64,000 nucleotides of DNA, taken from NCBI GenBank assembly GCA_017512145.1, contig JAFWHB010000003.1, positions 7,629-71,628 of the forward strand, in the 5' to 3' direction. A program made the translations under genes and the position numbers. The notes under the pieces were generated by a model. It was given only the letters and a program-made list of their open reading frames with translations. It had not been told where the DNA came from and searched no databases. Numbering within the stretch: the first letter of the stretch is position 1; each line of letters starts with the position of its first letter. Below are positions 47,525-57,588 of the stretch, one piece after another. This DNA is from Mogibacterium sp. Lineage in GTDB: Bacteria > Bacillota > Clostridia > Peptostreptococcales > Anaerovoracaceae.

Positions 47525-49333
47525 ATGAGCTATCTGGATAATATAAGAAATTTCAGCATTATTGCCCACATCGATCACGGCAAATCTACTCTTGCAGACC
47601 GTCTTATTGAGAAGACAGGTCTGGTCGAGAAGCGTGATATGAAGGAGCAATATCTTGATAACATGGATATTGAGCGTGAGAGAGGAATCACGATCAAGCT
47701 CCAGACAACAAGACTTAAGTATAAAGCTAATAACGGAGAGGAGTACATCCTCAACCTGATCGATACTCCGGGACATGTAGACTTCAACTATGAAGTATCA
47801 CGTTCTCTTGCGGCATGTGACGGAGCTGTTCTTGTAGTTGATGCAACACAGGGCGTCGAGGCGCAGACCCTCGGCAATGTATATCTTGCGCTTGATGAAG
47901 ATCTGGAGATCCTGCCTGTTCTCAACAAGATGGATCTTGATTCGGCAAGGCCTGAGGATGCAAGAGCTGAGATCGAGGACATCATAGGACTGGATGCGTC
48001 TGAGGCTCCTGAGATCTCTGCTAAGACAGGCATGGGAATTGACGAGATGCTCGAGAAGCTCATCGAGGTAATTCCTGCACCTGAGGGAGATCCGGACGGC
48101 AAGCTCAAGGCTCTTATATTCGATTCATATTATGACAGCTACAAGGGCGTTGTCATCTATACAAGGATCTTCGATGGCAGGGTCAAGAAGGGCGACATCA
48201 TCAAGATGATGAACACAGGCAAGAGCTACGAGGTAACTGAAGTAGGCTACTGCATACCTGGTACAGTGCCATCTGACGAGCTCAAGGCAGGAGAGGTAGG
48301 CTATATCTGCGGCAGCATCAAGCAGGTCGCTGATGCCAGAGTCGGAGATACAATTACCCTTGCGTCAAATCCTACAGATGCACCACTCAAGGGTTATAAG
48401 AAGGCTCAGTCAATGGTTTACTGCGGCATTTTCCCTGCAGAGGGCGAGAAGTACGAGAACGTCAAGGATGCCCTTGAGAAGTTGCAGGTAAATGATGCTG
48501 CATTCAACTTCGAGCCTGAGAATTCGGCAGCTCTTGGATATGGTTTCAGATGCGGATTCCTCGGACTTCTGCACATGGATGTCATCACTGAGAGACTTGC
48601 AAGAGAGTTCGACCTTGACGTAATAACGACTTTGCCTTCAGTTGTATATAAGGTAGTCATGAAGGATGGATCGGTCCTGGATATCCAGAACCCGTCGAAT
48701 CTGCCTGATCCGACTCTGATCGCACATATCGAGGAGCCGATCGTCAAGGCTGACATCATGACACCTAATGAATATGTAGGCAGCATCATGTCGCTTTGTC
48801 AGAACAGACGAGGCAACATGATCCACATGGAATATCTGACCAAGACAAGGGTCCAGCTCCATTATGAGATCCCTCTGAACGAGGTCATCTATGATTTCTT
48901 CGATGCTCTTAAGTCCCGCACGAGGGGATACGCATCGCTCGACTACGAGTTCCTGAGATATCAGACGGCAAGGCTGGTCAAGCTCGATATTCTTCTTAAC
49001 CGTGAGCAGATCGACGCTCTCAGCACCATCGTTCCGGAAGAGGAAGCTATGGCCAAGGGCAGAGGCATCTGTGAGAAGCTCAAGGATATTATCCCAAGAC
49101 ATCAGTTCGAGGTTCCGATCCAGGCGGCTATCGGTCAGAAGATCATCGCGCGTGAGACCGTAAGAGCTTACCGCAAGGACGTTCTGGCAAAGTGCTATGG
49201 CGGAGATATCACCCGTAAGAAGAAGCTCCTCGAGAAACAGAAAGCCGGCAAGAAGAGAATGCGTCAGTTCGGTACTGTAACGGTTCCGCAGGAGGCATTC
49301 ACAGAGGTACTCAAGCTCGACGACGGCAGATAA
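47525..49333 (+). CDS. lepA: Translation elongation factor 4 (LepA)
   Basis: [17 protein letters not shown]1 motif, DTPGH, NKMD, and the LepA-specific C-terminus. Confidence 0.95.
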   Translation: MSYLDNIRNFSIIAHIDHGKSTLADRLIEKTGLVEKRDMKEQYLDNMDIERERGITIKLQTTRLKYKANNGEEYILNLIDTPGHVDFNYEVSRSLAACDGAVLVVDATQGVEAQTLGNVYLALDEDLEILPVLNKMDLDSARPEDARAEIEDIIGLDASEAPEISAKTGMGIDEMLEKLIEVIPAPEGDPDGKLKALIFDSYYDSYKGVVIYTRIFDGRVKKGDIIKMMNTGKSYEVTEVGYCIPGTVPSDELKAGEVGYICGSIKQVADARVGDTITLASNPTDAPLKGYKKAQSMVYCGIFPAEGEKYENVKDALEKLQVNDAAFNFEPENSAALGYGFRCGFLGLLHMDVITERLAREFDLDVITTLPSVVYKVVMKDGSVLDIQNPSNLPDPTLIAHIEEPIVKADIMTPNEYVGSIMSLCQNRRGNMIHMEYLTKTRVQLHYEIPLNEVIYDFFDALKSRTRGYASLDYEFLRYQTARLVKLDILLNREQIDALSTIVPEEEAMAKGRGICEKLKDIIPRHQFEVPIQAAIGQKIIARETVRAYRKDVLAKCYGGDITRKKKLLEKQKAGKKRMRQFGTVTVPQEAFTEVLKLDDGR

Positions 49334-49336
49334 TAA

Positions 49337-49987
49337 ATGAAGAAAAGCAGATCAAGGATCGTTCTGAATATACTGATAGCTTTATGCTCGATCGGTGCAT
49401 GGCTTGTAATGGTTTTTCATAGTGAGGGCATGCTGACAGACACAGGACTCAGAAGCCTTAAGTATTTTACAGTGCTCTCGAATCTTTTCGAGGGCACTGC
49501 CTGCATTATCTGGCTGTTTGCTAAGGGGGAAGCAGTAGCCAGAGCAGAGAAGATCAAATATGCCGGGACAGTATCTGTAGCGCTTACTTTCCTGACCGTC
49601 ATGTTCTTCCTCGGACCTCTGTATGGATATATTTCAATGCTGTCAGGTGTGAATCTGTTCCTGCATCTGCTGGTGCCTGTTGCAGCGCTGGCGGAATGCA
49701 TTTTCCTTTCGAGGACCATATACAGCAGGAAGGACAATCTGCTGTCGGTGGTTCCGATGCTTGTATACGGAACATTCTATCTTGGTAATAATCTCATCAA
49801 CGGGACCGGAGAATGGCCTGCTACCAATGACTGGTACAGTTTTCTCTACTGGGGATATCCGATAGGAATCGGTATATTCGCAGTTCTGTGCCTTGTCACC
49901 TATGGTGCAGGCGCTGTTATCAGAATAGTCAATAATTATTACGACAGGAAGGCCTCCGGCCTCCGGGAAGGTGAAGTAATTGAATAA
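49337..49987 (+). CDS. Hypothetical integral membrane protein
   Basis: Six hydrophobic segments. Sits between lepA and hemW. Confidence 0.5.
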   Translation: MKKSRSRIVLNILIALCSIGAWLVMVFHSEGMLTDTGLRSLKYFTVLSNLFEGTACIIWLFAKGEAVARAEKIKYAGTVSVALTFLTVMFFLGPLYGYISMLSGVNLFLHLLVPVAALAECIFLSRTIYSRKDNLLSVVPMLVYGTFYLGNNLINGTGEWPATNDWYSFLYWGYPIGIGIFAVLCLVTYGAGAVIRIVNNYYDRKASGLREGEVIE

Positions 49988-51179
49988 GGCAACTGGTATT
50001 TATATACATTTTCCATTCTGCGTGAAGAAGTGCAATTATTGCGCTTTTCTTTCTTTTAATGCAGATGAGAGTGTAAGAAGAGAGTACGCTAATGCTCTTA
50101 TGAAGGAAATCGAGCTCGCAGGCAGATCGTTCAGCGGGCAGATCAGCACGGTATATCTTGGAGGCGGAACTCCATCTGTAATGGATGTTGCGCTTCTTTC
50201 TCTTATAATGAAGAAAATAAGGAGCTGCTTTGATGTAAAGCCTGATGCGGAGATCACTATCGAGGCAAATCCTGCTACACTTGGTATCAAGGACAGGGTG
50301 GTCAGAGCCAAGCTTACCGCATACAAATACATGGGCATCAACCGTCTGTCGATGGGTGTTCAGTCCATGGATAATAACAGGCTGACATTTCTTGGCAGGA
50401 TCCATACGGCGGAGAATGTTGAGAGAGACTTTGCGATAGCAAGGGAGATGGGATTTGATAACATCAATCTGGATCTTATCTTCTCAGTGCCGGGTGAATC
50501 CACATCTGATGCTCTCGCAGATGCACGCAGGATCATTGACCTTGGACCTGAGCATATTTCCTGCTACAGTCTGCAGCTTGAGGAGGGAACGCCTTTCTAC
50601 AGGATGGCAGAGGCAGGAGAGATCCGCGAGATTTCTGATGAAGAGGATCGGAAGACATATCACGAGGTCGTAAGACTTCTCAGAGCAGCGGGATATGAAC
50701 ATTATGAGATAAGTAATTTTGCCCGCGATGGCAAGAGATCGAGGCACAACTCGCTGTACTGGAACATGTCTGACTACATCGGGCTCGGACTTGGCGCGAG
50801 CGGATTTGTAAATGGCACGAGATACCGCAACCTGACGGATCTCGATGAATATATGAAGGCTGTTTCCGAAGAGAAGCTGCCGGTCATGGAGGAGCATGTA
50901 AACAGTGCCTTCGATAATATCAGCGAGGCGGTATTCACAGGCCTCAGAAGGATAGAGGGCATCAGCTACAGTGATGCTGTCAGTGTGTACAGAGCATCTG
51001 ACGGAGCAGAAGATATTAAGGGAAATGATGAAGAGGTCTTCTGGACCATCTTCAAGGATGCCAGGGAAGAGGCTGAGAAATTTTCGGAGCAGGGACTATT
51101 GATAATTGATGGTGAAGGACTTAGACTTACATCAGAAGGAATAGACATAAGCAACACGATCATGTCTTGCTTTGTATAG
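49980..51179 (+). CDS. hemW: Radical SAM heme chaperone HemW (HemN-like, oxygen-independent coproporphyrinogen oxidase family)
   Basis: IHFPFCVKKCNYC radical-SAM motif and lepA-linked synteny. TTG start with a GGAAGGTG RBS. Confidence 0.85.
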   Translation: MNKATGIYIHFPFCVKKCNYCAFLSFNADESVRREYANALMKEIELAGRSFSGQISTVYLGGGTPSVMDVALLSLIMKKIRSCFDVKPDAEITIEANPATLGIKDRVVRAKLTAYKYMGINRLSMGVQSMDNNRLTFLGRIHTAENVERDFAIAREMGFDNINLDLIFSVPGESTSDALADARRIIDLGPEHISCYSLQLEEGTPFYRMAEAGEIREISDEEDRKTYHEVVRLLRAAGYEHYEISNFARDGKRSRHNSLYWNMSDYIGLGLGASGFVNGTRYRNLTDLDEYMKAVSEEKLPVMEEHVNSAFDNISEAVFTGLRRIEGISYSDAVSVYRASDGAEDIKGNDEEVFWTIFKDAREEAEKFSEQGLLIIDGEGLRLTSEGIDISNTIMSCFV

Positions 51180-51197
51180 AGCGGAAGGAGAATTTGC

Positions 51198-52682
51198 ATG
51201 AAGCATTACATCATGGCGCTTGACCAGGGCACTACAAGCTCAAGAACTATAATCTATGACAAGAACGGCAGCATCATCTCTGTAGTCCAGAGAGAGTTCA
51301 CACAGATATTCCCGCACGAGGGATGGGTAGAGCATGATCCGATGGAGATCTGGGCTTCTCAGATGGGAACAGCTCAGGAGGCTCTTCTCAAGGCCGGACT
51401 TACGTATAAGAATATTGCGGCTATCGGTATCACCAACCAGAGAGAGACAACTGTTGTCTGGGACAAGAATACCGGAGAGCCTGTATATAACGCTATCGTA
51501 TGGCAGTGCAGAAGAACTGCAGACTATGCGGCAAGACTCAAGCCACATGAAGAGATGATCAGAGCCAAGACAGGACTTCTTGCTGACCCGTATTTCAGCG
51601 GAACCAAGCTTGCGTGGATCCTTGACAATGTTCCGGGTGTAAGAGCAAGAGCTGAGAAGGGAGACCTCCTTTTCGGTACTGTTGAATCATGGCTTATCTG
51701 GAAGATGACAGGCGGCGAGGTACATGTATCCGATTACTCCAACGCATGCAGAACAATGCTCTTTGATATCAACACTCTCAAGTGGGACGAAGAGCTCTGC
51801 GATCTTCTGAATATTCCTATGTGCATGCTGCCTGAGCCTGTTGAATGCTCAGCACACTACGGCGACACTATCAGCGAGCTCTTTGGCGGACCAATTCCTA
51901 TCACAGGATCGGCCGGAGATCAGCAGGCTGCACTCTTCGGAGAGGCTTGCTTCAATGAAGGCGATGTCAAGAGCACATACGGAACAGGTAACTTCCTGCT
52001 CCTCAACACAGGAGACAAGCCTGTAACATCCAGGAACGGACTTCTGACAACTATCGCATGGGGCCTTGACGGCAAGGTCACTTATGCTCTCGAAGGTTCG
52101 GTATTCGTATGCGGAGCTGCTGTTCAGTGGCTGAGAGATCAGATGAAGTTCTTCAGGAGTGCTCCTGAATCAGAAGAGATAGCAGCTTCTGTTCCTGATG
52201 CAGGCGGAGTATATGTAGTACCTGCATTCGTAGGACTCGGAGCTCCTTACTGGGACCCTGAGGCAAGAGGTGCAATGTTCGGAATCACAAGAGGAACTAC
52301 AAGAGAGCACATCGTAAGAGCTACTCTTCAGTCCCTGGTATATCAGAATGAGGACCTGCTTGCAGCCATGGAAGGCGACACAGGCAAGAAGATCACCACT
52401 CTTAAGGTAGACGGAGGAGCTGCACTCAATAATCTTCTGATGCAGTTCCAGGCAGATATCTCCGATGTAGATATCGTCAGATACGCATCTATCGAATCCA
52501 CATCACTCGGAGCAGCATATCTTGCAGGACTTGCAGTCGGTTACTATGATGGCCTTGCAGACATCGTAGCAAGCAAGGAGATCGCAAGGACATTCAAGGC
52601 ATCCCTTGGTGAGAAAGAAAGAAAAGAGAAACTCGCCGGATGGCACAGAGCAGTCAAAGCTACCATGGCATTCCACGAATAG
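51198..52682 (+). CDS. glpK: Glycerol kinase
   Basis: [10 protein letters not shown] start region and typical FGGY kinase blocks; 494 aa. Confidence 0.95.
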   Translation: MKHYIMALDQGTTSSRTIIYDKNGSIISVVQREFTQIFPHEGWVEHDPMEIWASQMGTAQEALLKAGLTYKNIAAIGITNQRETTVVWDKNTGEPVYNAIVWQCRRTADYAARLKPHEEMIRAKTGLLADPYFSGTKLAWILDNVPGVRARAEKGDLLFGTVESWLIWKMTGGEVHVSDYSNACRTMLFDINTLKWDEELCDLLNIPMCMLPEPVECSAHYGDTISELFGGPIPITGSAGDQQAALFGEACFNEGDVKSTYGTGNFLLLNTGDKPVTSRNGLLTTIAWGLDGKVTYALEGSVFVCGAAVQWLRDQMKFFRSAPESEEIAASVPDAGGVYVVPAFVGLGAPYWDPEARGAMFGITRGTTREHIVRATLQSLVYQNEDLLAAMEGDTGKKITTLKVDGGAALNNLLMQFQADISDVDIVRYASIESTSLGAAYLAGLAVGYYDGLADIVASKEIARTFKASLGEKERKEKLAGWHRAVKATMAFHE

Positions 52683-52712
52683 AATTCGCTTTGTACTAAT
52701 TTAAAAAAGTGC

Positions 52713-52741
52713 TGGACAAACCCATCAGTATCCGCTATAAT
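52713..52741 (+). promoter_or_regulatory. Sigma-70-type promoter for the tRNA gene
   Basis: TGGACA, 17-nt spacer, TATAAT, about 30 nt upstream of the tRNA 5' end. Confidence 0.55.
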
Positions 52742-52773
52742 ACCAATTGCGCACGAAAAAGTGTAAACAATAT

Positions 52774-52848
52774 GGCGCATTGGTCAAGCGGTTAAGACGT
52801 CGCCCTCTCACGGCGGAATCTGGGGTTCGATTCCCCAATGCGCTACCA
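52774..52848 (+). tRNA. tRNA-Glu (anticodon CUC), CCA encoded
   Basis: Hand-folded cloverleaf: 7-bp acceptor stem GGCGCAT/ATGCGCT, anticodon stem TCGCC/GGCGG with loop CTCTCAC, T-arm TGGGG-TTCGATT-CCCCA, 3' ACCA. Confidence 0.85.
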
Positions 52849-52852
52849 AGAC

Positions 52853-52880
52853 AAGCCCTTGGATATCCAAGGGCTTTTTG
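52853..52880 (+). terminator. Rho-independent terminator after the tRNA
   Basis: aagcccttgg atat ccaagggctt followed by TTTTT. Confidence 0.9.
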
Positions 52881-52922
52881 TTATGCTAGAATAAATAATA
52901 AACGAAAAAGGGGGAACTAAGA

Positions 52923-53567
52923 ATGAGCCTTGAGGTCAGATGCTTCTCTAAAGCAATACAGAACGAGAATACATATGTGATCACCGACAGATATACCGGT
53001 TACAAGGCTGTGATCGATCCGGGTTATTATGGCGAGGATGTAAGAACAGAAATATCCGATATAGACTCACTCAAATACATACTCCTTACGCATGGACATT
53101 ATGACCACTTCGCGGCAGCCCAGGAGTATATAGACGAATATCCTTCTGCTGTATTCGCTGCTCCTCTGAAGGAGGAATATCTTCTTCATGGAGGCAGAGA
53201 CAACAAGTGGCTGGCGCTTGGACATGGTTCACCGGTCTGTCCTGATGCAGACCTGAGGCTAAAGGCAGGCGATACGATAACACTTGGCGGGACAGTTCTG
53301 AAAGTTATTGAAACACCAGGCCATACAGAGGGAGGAATATGCTTTTGCACCGATTCAGAGGTGTTCACCGGTGATACTCTGTTCAGGATGTCAATAGGCA
53401 ATTATTCACTTGAGACAGGAAACTTGGACGAACTGGTCAGCTCCATACAGACCAGGCTGTATTCAATGGATGATGATGTCATCGTCTGGCCGGGACATGG
53501 ACCTGCGACCACCATCGGATATGAGAAGAGAAACAATCCATTCGTGCAGGGAGAAGAATTCATCTGA
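52923..53567 (+). CDS. MBL-fold metallo-hydrolase
   Basis: LLTHGHYDH metal-binding motif and later TPGHT. Confidence 0.85.
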   Translation: MSLEVRCFSKAIQNENTYVITDRYTGYKAVIDPGYYGEDVRTEISDIDSLKYILLTHGHYDHFAAAQEYIDEYPSAVFAAPLKEEYLLHGGRDNKWLALGHGSPVCPDADLRLKAGDTITLGGTVLKVIETPGHTEGGICFCTDSEVFTGDTLFRMSIGNYSLETGNLDELVSSIQTRLYSMDDDVIVWPGHGPATTIGYEKRNNPFVQGEEFI

Positions 53568-53589
53568 GAAGATCAGGAGGGGGACGATT

Positions 53590-54027
53590 ATGAGTATGCG
53601 GAATAATGTGCTTGAAATATCTGAGGATTCAGTGAGCATCAGCAGCAGATCCTATTCCGGCAGGAATGATTTTACTGAAGTGATCATACCGGAAGGTGTG
53701 ACTGACATAGGCGTCGGAGCATTTGCAGACTGCACGGCTCTTGAGAAAATCGTTCTTCCGGCGGGTATGGAGAGGATCAGGAAAGAACTGTTTTCGGGAT
53801 GCACTTCTCTTAAGGAAATCGTAATACCGGAAAGCGTCAGAACTATCGGAGAGTGGGCTTTCAGGAACTGCAGATCGCTCGAAACTGTGATTATCCCTGA
53901 AAGTGTGACAGACATTGCGGCAGAAGCTTTTCTGTCATGTCCGGAGGTGACAATTTATGCGGAGCCGGGATCGTATGCGGGGCGATTTGCCCGCAAATAC
54001 AATATTCCTTTGGGAAGAATATTGTAA
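53590..54027 (+). CDS. Small leucine-rich-repeat (BspA-type) protein
   Basis: Three to four repeats of the IPEGVTxIGxxAFxxCxxL type. AGGAGG RBS upstream of the ATG at 53590. No signal peptide. Confidence 0.65.
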   Translation: MSMRNNVLEISEDSVSISSRSYSGRNDFTEVIIPEGVTDIGVGAFADCTALEKIVLPAGMERIRKELFSGCTSLKEIVIPESVRTIGEWAFRNCRSLETVIIPESVTDIAAEAFLSCPEVTIYAEPGSYAGRFARKYNIPLGRIL

Positions 54028-54155
54028 AATATTTATAGATTATTTCGATTCACTCTAACAATGTATTCAAAAAACACATAAAAAGCATTGAAATAATTAC
54101 CCAATATTGATATTCTCTTAACAAGAAATAGGGGCCAATTAAATAAAGGGCTTAT

Positions 54156-54305
54156 TCCTTCCGAGAGAGAATCATCCGGTGCATTTATTTAGATGCTATC
54201 TCGTAATCACATGGCATGACACTGAAGGATGATCGCTGAAGAGGCAAATTCCTGTTAACTGGCACTGACTGGAACGAAACTTTCAAGCAAAAGGACCGGA
54301 ACGGA
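54156..54305 (+). promoter_or_regulatory. Glycine-riboswitch-like aptamer (apparently a single aptamer with a long P2 insertion)
   Basis: CGAGAGAG (compare GGAGAG), CGCTGAAGAGGCAA (compare CACCGAAGGGGCAA) and CAAGCAAAAGGACCGG (compare CAGGCAAAAGGAC). P1 is tccttccg / cggaacgga and P2 is atcatcc / ggatgat. Confidence 0.55.
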
Positions 54306-54340
54306 TACCTATTTCTGGATCTTTAATAACATTGAAACAG

Positions 54341-54386
54341 AGAGAATGCTGTACGCGTTTTTGCGCGTGGCATTCTCTTTTTTATT
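54341..54386 (+). terminator. Expression-platform terminator directly abutting the grdX RBS
   Basis: agagaatgc...gcattctct extended hairpin followed by TTTTTTATTTT. Confidence 0.75.
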
Positions 54387-54398
54387 TTGGAGAACGAG

Positions 54399-54794
54399 AT
54401 GAAGTACTACATCTTGACAAATAATCCACTGGCAGCTGAAGAGTTCGGAAAGACTCACGACGTGCGTACGGTAGATGGGAAGCTCATAGATGTTCTGATT
54501 GCTGCAAGAGATCAGATCAGCCGGGGCGCAGTTCTGCTGAATCACCCGCTGTATGGCAGTGTCAAACCGAATGAGACCCCGTTCAGATCTCTTCTGCTGC
54601 AGCAAGGTAAGTCCGCGTCCGGAGATGCTCCGGCAATGCCTGATCCTGAATCAGTGAGACTTATCGGGAACGCAGTCAGTGCGTTCGAAAAATTCACAGG
54701 TAAGAAGGAGGTTGCCGATCGCCGGCTTCTCGATGACTTTATGGTCGTAGACTTGAGTCTTCTGAGGAGTGCTGTCGAGTCAGCAGACCGGTAA
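54399..54794 (+). CDS. grdX: GrdX-like protein (glycine/sarcosine/betaine reductase operon leader gene)
   Basis: About 130 aa; MKYYILTNNP start and position upstream of grdE. Recognised from memory of GrdX proteins, so moderate confidence. Confidence 0.6.
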   Translation: MKYYILTNNPLAAEEFGKTHDVRTVDGKLIDVLIAARDQISRGAVLLNHPLYGSVKPNETPFRSLLLQQGKSASGDAPAMPDPESVRLIGNAVSAFEKFTGKKEVADRRLLDDFMVVDLSLLRSAVESADR

Positions 54795-54901
54795 CTCTCC
54801 ATCTTATAAGGAGTTCTGAGCCGCGCTGCCCCTATGCGCGGCCGGGCTCCGGCAAATAATTAATATCTGCATTTCTATTATAGCAAAGGAGGCGATCAGA
54901 A

Positions 54902-56182
54902 ATGAGATTGGAAATCGGAAAAATCAACATCACTGATATCCGGTTTGCGGAAGAATCCAAGATCGAGAAGGGTATCCTCTATGTCAATCCTGAGGACCTG
55001 AAGCCTGTAGTGCTCGAAGATGAAAAGCTTGTAGACGTCGTTTTCGACATTGCAAAGCCGGGTGAGTCAGTAAGAATCACTCCGGTCAAGGATGTCATCG
55101 AGCCTAGGGTCAAGGTTGAAGGAAAGGGTGGAATTTTTCCTGGAGTGATAGCCAAGGTAGACACTGTAGGCTCCGGCAAGACACTTGCTCTCAAGGGCAT
55201 GGCTGTAGTAACGGCAGGTAGAATTGTCGGATTCCAGGAAGGAATCATCGATATGACCGGAGTCGGTGCACAGTACACACCATTCTCCAAGACTCTGAAT
55301 CTCTGCATGGTCTGCGAACCTGCACCAGACCTCAAACAGCATGATTATGAGAAAGCTGTCAGAATGGCCGGCTTCAGAGTCGCAACAAAGATCGGAGAAC
55401 TCGCAAGAGGAATCGAGCCTGACGAAACATGTGTATATGAGACACTGGGAATCAAAGAAGGTATCGAAAAGTATCCGGATCTGCCTAGAGTAGGATATGT
55501 ATCGATGCTTCAGACACAGGGACTTCTGCACGATACATATGTATATGGTGTTGATGCCAAGAAGATCATCCCTACAATCATCAGCCCGACTGAAGCTATG
55601 GACGGAGCAATCGTATCCGGCAACTGCGTATCCGCATGCGACAAGAATCCGACCTATATCCACCAGAACAACCCTGTTATCGAAGACCTCTTTGCACAGC
55701 ACGGCAAGACTCTGAATTTTGTCTGCCAGATCATTACCAATGAGAACGTATATCTGGCTGATAAAGAGAGATCTTCAAATATGACAGCTAAGCTCTGCCG
55801 TATGCTCGATCTCGATGGCGTTATCGTAACTCAGGAAGGCTTCGGTAACCCGGATACAGACCTGATCATGAACTGCAAGAAGATCGAAGCTGAAGGTGTC
55901 AAGACTGTAATCGTTACAGACGAATATGCCGGAAGAGACGGAAAGTCGCAGTCTCTCGCAGATGCAGACGCAGCAGCTGATGCAGTAGTAACAGGTGGAA
56001 ATGCCAATGAAGTAGTTATCCTGCCTAAACTTGACAAGGTCATCGGAATGATGGATTACGTCAACAAGATCGCAGGTGCAAGCGAAGACACACTCAGAGA
56101 AGACGGAACACTCGAGGTAGAGCTCCAGGTAATCACAGGCGCTACCAATGAGATGGGATTCGGTCTGCTGAGCGCAAGATAA
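54902..56182 (+). CDS. grdE: Glycine (or sarcosine) reductase component B proprotein, GrdE type (alpha/beta subunits)
   Basis: 426 aa. Asn241-Cys242 (SGN|CVSAC) sits at the position of the known self-cleavage/pyruvoyl-forming site. AAGGAGG RBS. Confidence 0.8.
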   Translation: MRLEIGKINITDIRFAEESKIEKGILYVNPEDLKPVVLEDEKLVDVVFDIAKPGESVRITPVKDVIEPRVKVEGKGGIFPGVIAKVDTVGSGKTLALKGMAVVTAGRIVGFQEGIIDMTGVGAQYTPFSKTLNLCMVCEPAPDLKQHDYEKAVRMAGFRVATKIGELARGIEPDETCVYETLGIKEGIEKYPDLPRVGYVSMLQTQGLLHDTYVYGVDAKKIIPTIISPTEAMDGAIVSGNCVSACDKNPTYIHQNNPVIEDLFAQHGKTLNFVCQIITNENVYLADKERSSNMTAKLCRMLDLDGVIVTQEGFGNPDTDLIMNCKKIEAEGVKTVIVTDEYAGRDGKSQSLADADAAADAVVTGGNANEVVILPKLDKVIGMMDYVNKIAGASEDTLREDGTLEVELQVITGATNEMGFGLLSAR

Positions 56183-56206
56183 GAGCGGGGAAAGGAGGAG
56201 AAAACA

Positions 56207-57520
56207 ATGGCTAAGATCAAAGTGGTTCACTATATCAACCAGTTCTTCGCCGGAATCGGCGGAGAAGAAAAAGCCGACATCCCTGCTGAACTCCACAAGG
56301 CTGAGGTCATAGGACCGGGAATGGCGTTCAACACCGGATTTGGTGATGAAGCAGAGATCATCGCTACTATCATCTGCGGTGATTCATACTTCAATGAAAA
56401 CATAGATGCTGTCAAGGCAGAGATCCTCGGATGGGTCAAAGAACTTGCACCAGACCTGTTCATCGCAGGACCTGCATTCAATGCAGGCCGTTACGGAGTT
56501 GCATGCGGTACGATCGCAGCAGCAGTTCAGGAGGAGCTGGGCATCAAGTCAATGACAGGAATGTATGTTGAGAACCCTGGTGCAGATATGTACAAGGACA
56601 AGACATACATCCTCGAGACCAAGGACAGTGCTGCAGGTATGAGAGCTGCAGTCAAGAAGATGACAGCATTCGCTCTCAAGTATGCAAAGGGCGAGAAAAT
56701 CGGCGCATCCTGCGAAGAGGGTTACATGAATCAGGGCATAAGAGTCAACTTCTTCGAGAAGGAAAGAGGCTCTAAGAGAGCGGTAGATATGCTGATCGCA
56801 AAGCTTAACGATAAGCCGTTCGTAACAGAATATCCAATGCCTGACTTTGACAGAGTTGAACCAAATCCTGCAGTCAAGGATATGGCACACGCAACGATAG
56901 CTCTCGTAACTTCCGGTGGTATCGTACCTAAGGGCAACCCTGACCACATCGAAAGCTCAAGTGCTTCTAAGTTCGGCGAATACAGCCTTGCAGGCGTAAC
57001 CGATCTCGATGCTGACACATTTGAAACAGCTCACGGCGGATATGACCCTGTATATGCGAATGAAGATGCAGACAGAGTTCTGCCTGTGGATATCATGCGC
57101 GAACTCGAGAAGGAAGGCGTCATCGGCAAACTTCACGAGAAATACTATGCAACTGTAGGTAACGGCACAGCTGTTGCAAGTGCCAAGAAGTACGGTGCAG
57201 AAATAGGCAAGAGACTGGTGGCTGACGGAGTAGACGCAGTTATACTCACCTCCACGTGAGGAACCTGCACTCGTTGCGGCGCAACGATGGTTAAAGAGCT
57301 CGAAAGAGCCGGACTCCCTGTTGTTCACGTATGCACAGTAACACCTATTTCTATGACAGTAGGCGCTAACAGGATCGTACCTGCTATCGCTATCCCGCAT
57401 CCTCTGGGCAATCCTGCTCTTGATAAGGATGAGGAGAAGAAGCTTCGCCGCAAACTCGTAGTGAAGGCTCTCGGAGCACTTCAGACCGAGGTTGACGGAC
57501 AGAAGGTTTTTGAAGATTAG
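56207..57520 (+). CDS. grdB: Selenoprotein B (component B gamma subunit), GrdB type, with in-frame UGA = Sec at codon 351
   Basis: ORFs 56207-57259 and 57287-57520 are in the same frame. The junction reads LTST-U-GTCTRCGATMV, the UxxCxxC motif. A SECIS-like hairpin follows. Confidence 0.85.
57262..57292 (+). promoter_or_regulatory. SECIS-like hairpin 3 nt downstream of the grdB UGA
   Basis: AACC tgcac TCGTTGC ggc GCAACGA t GGTT. 38 of 40 nt are identical to the equivalent region of the second module. Confidence 0.7.
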
Positions 57521-57588
57521 TAAATTCAATATCATGTCATGCGGTTTCTGATTAACGCATGGCTAACTGATCCTCAAGAAGGGACCCA

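Noticed and set aside
56207-57259. grdB and grdH (61534-62583) read as truncated pseudogenes followed by small 77-79-aa ORFs.
   Set aside because: In each case the downstream ORF is in the same frame. The stop is TGA inside the conserved UxxCxxC selenoprotein-B motif, and a conserved hairpin follows. Sec recoding is the better explanation.
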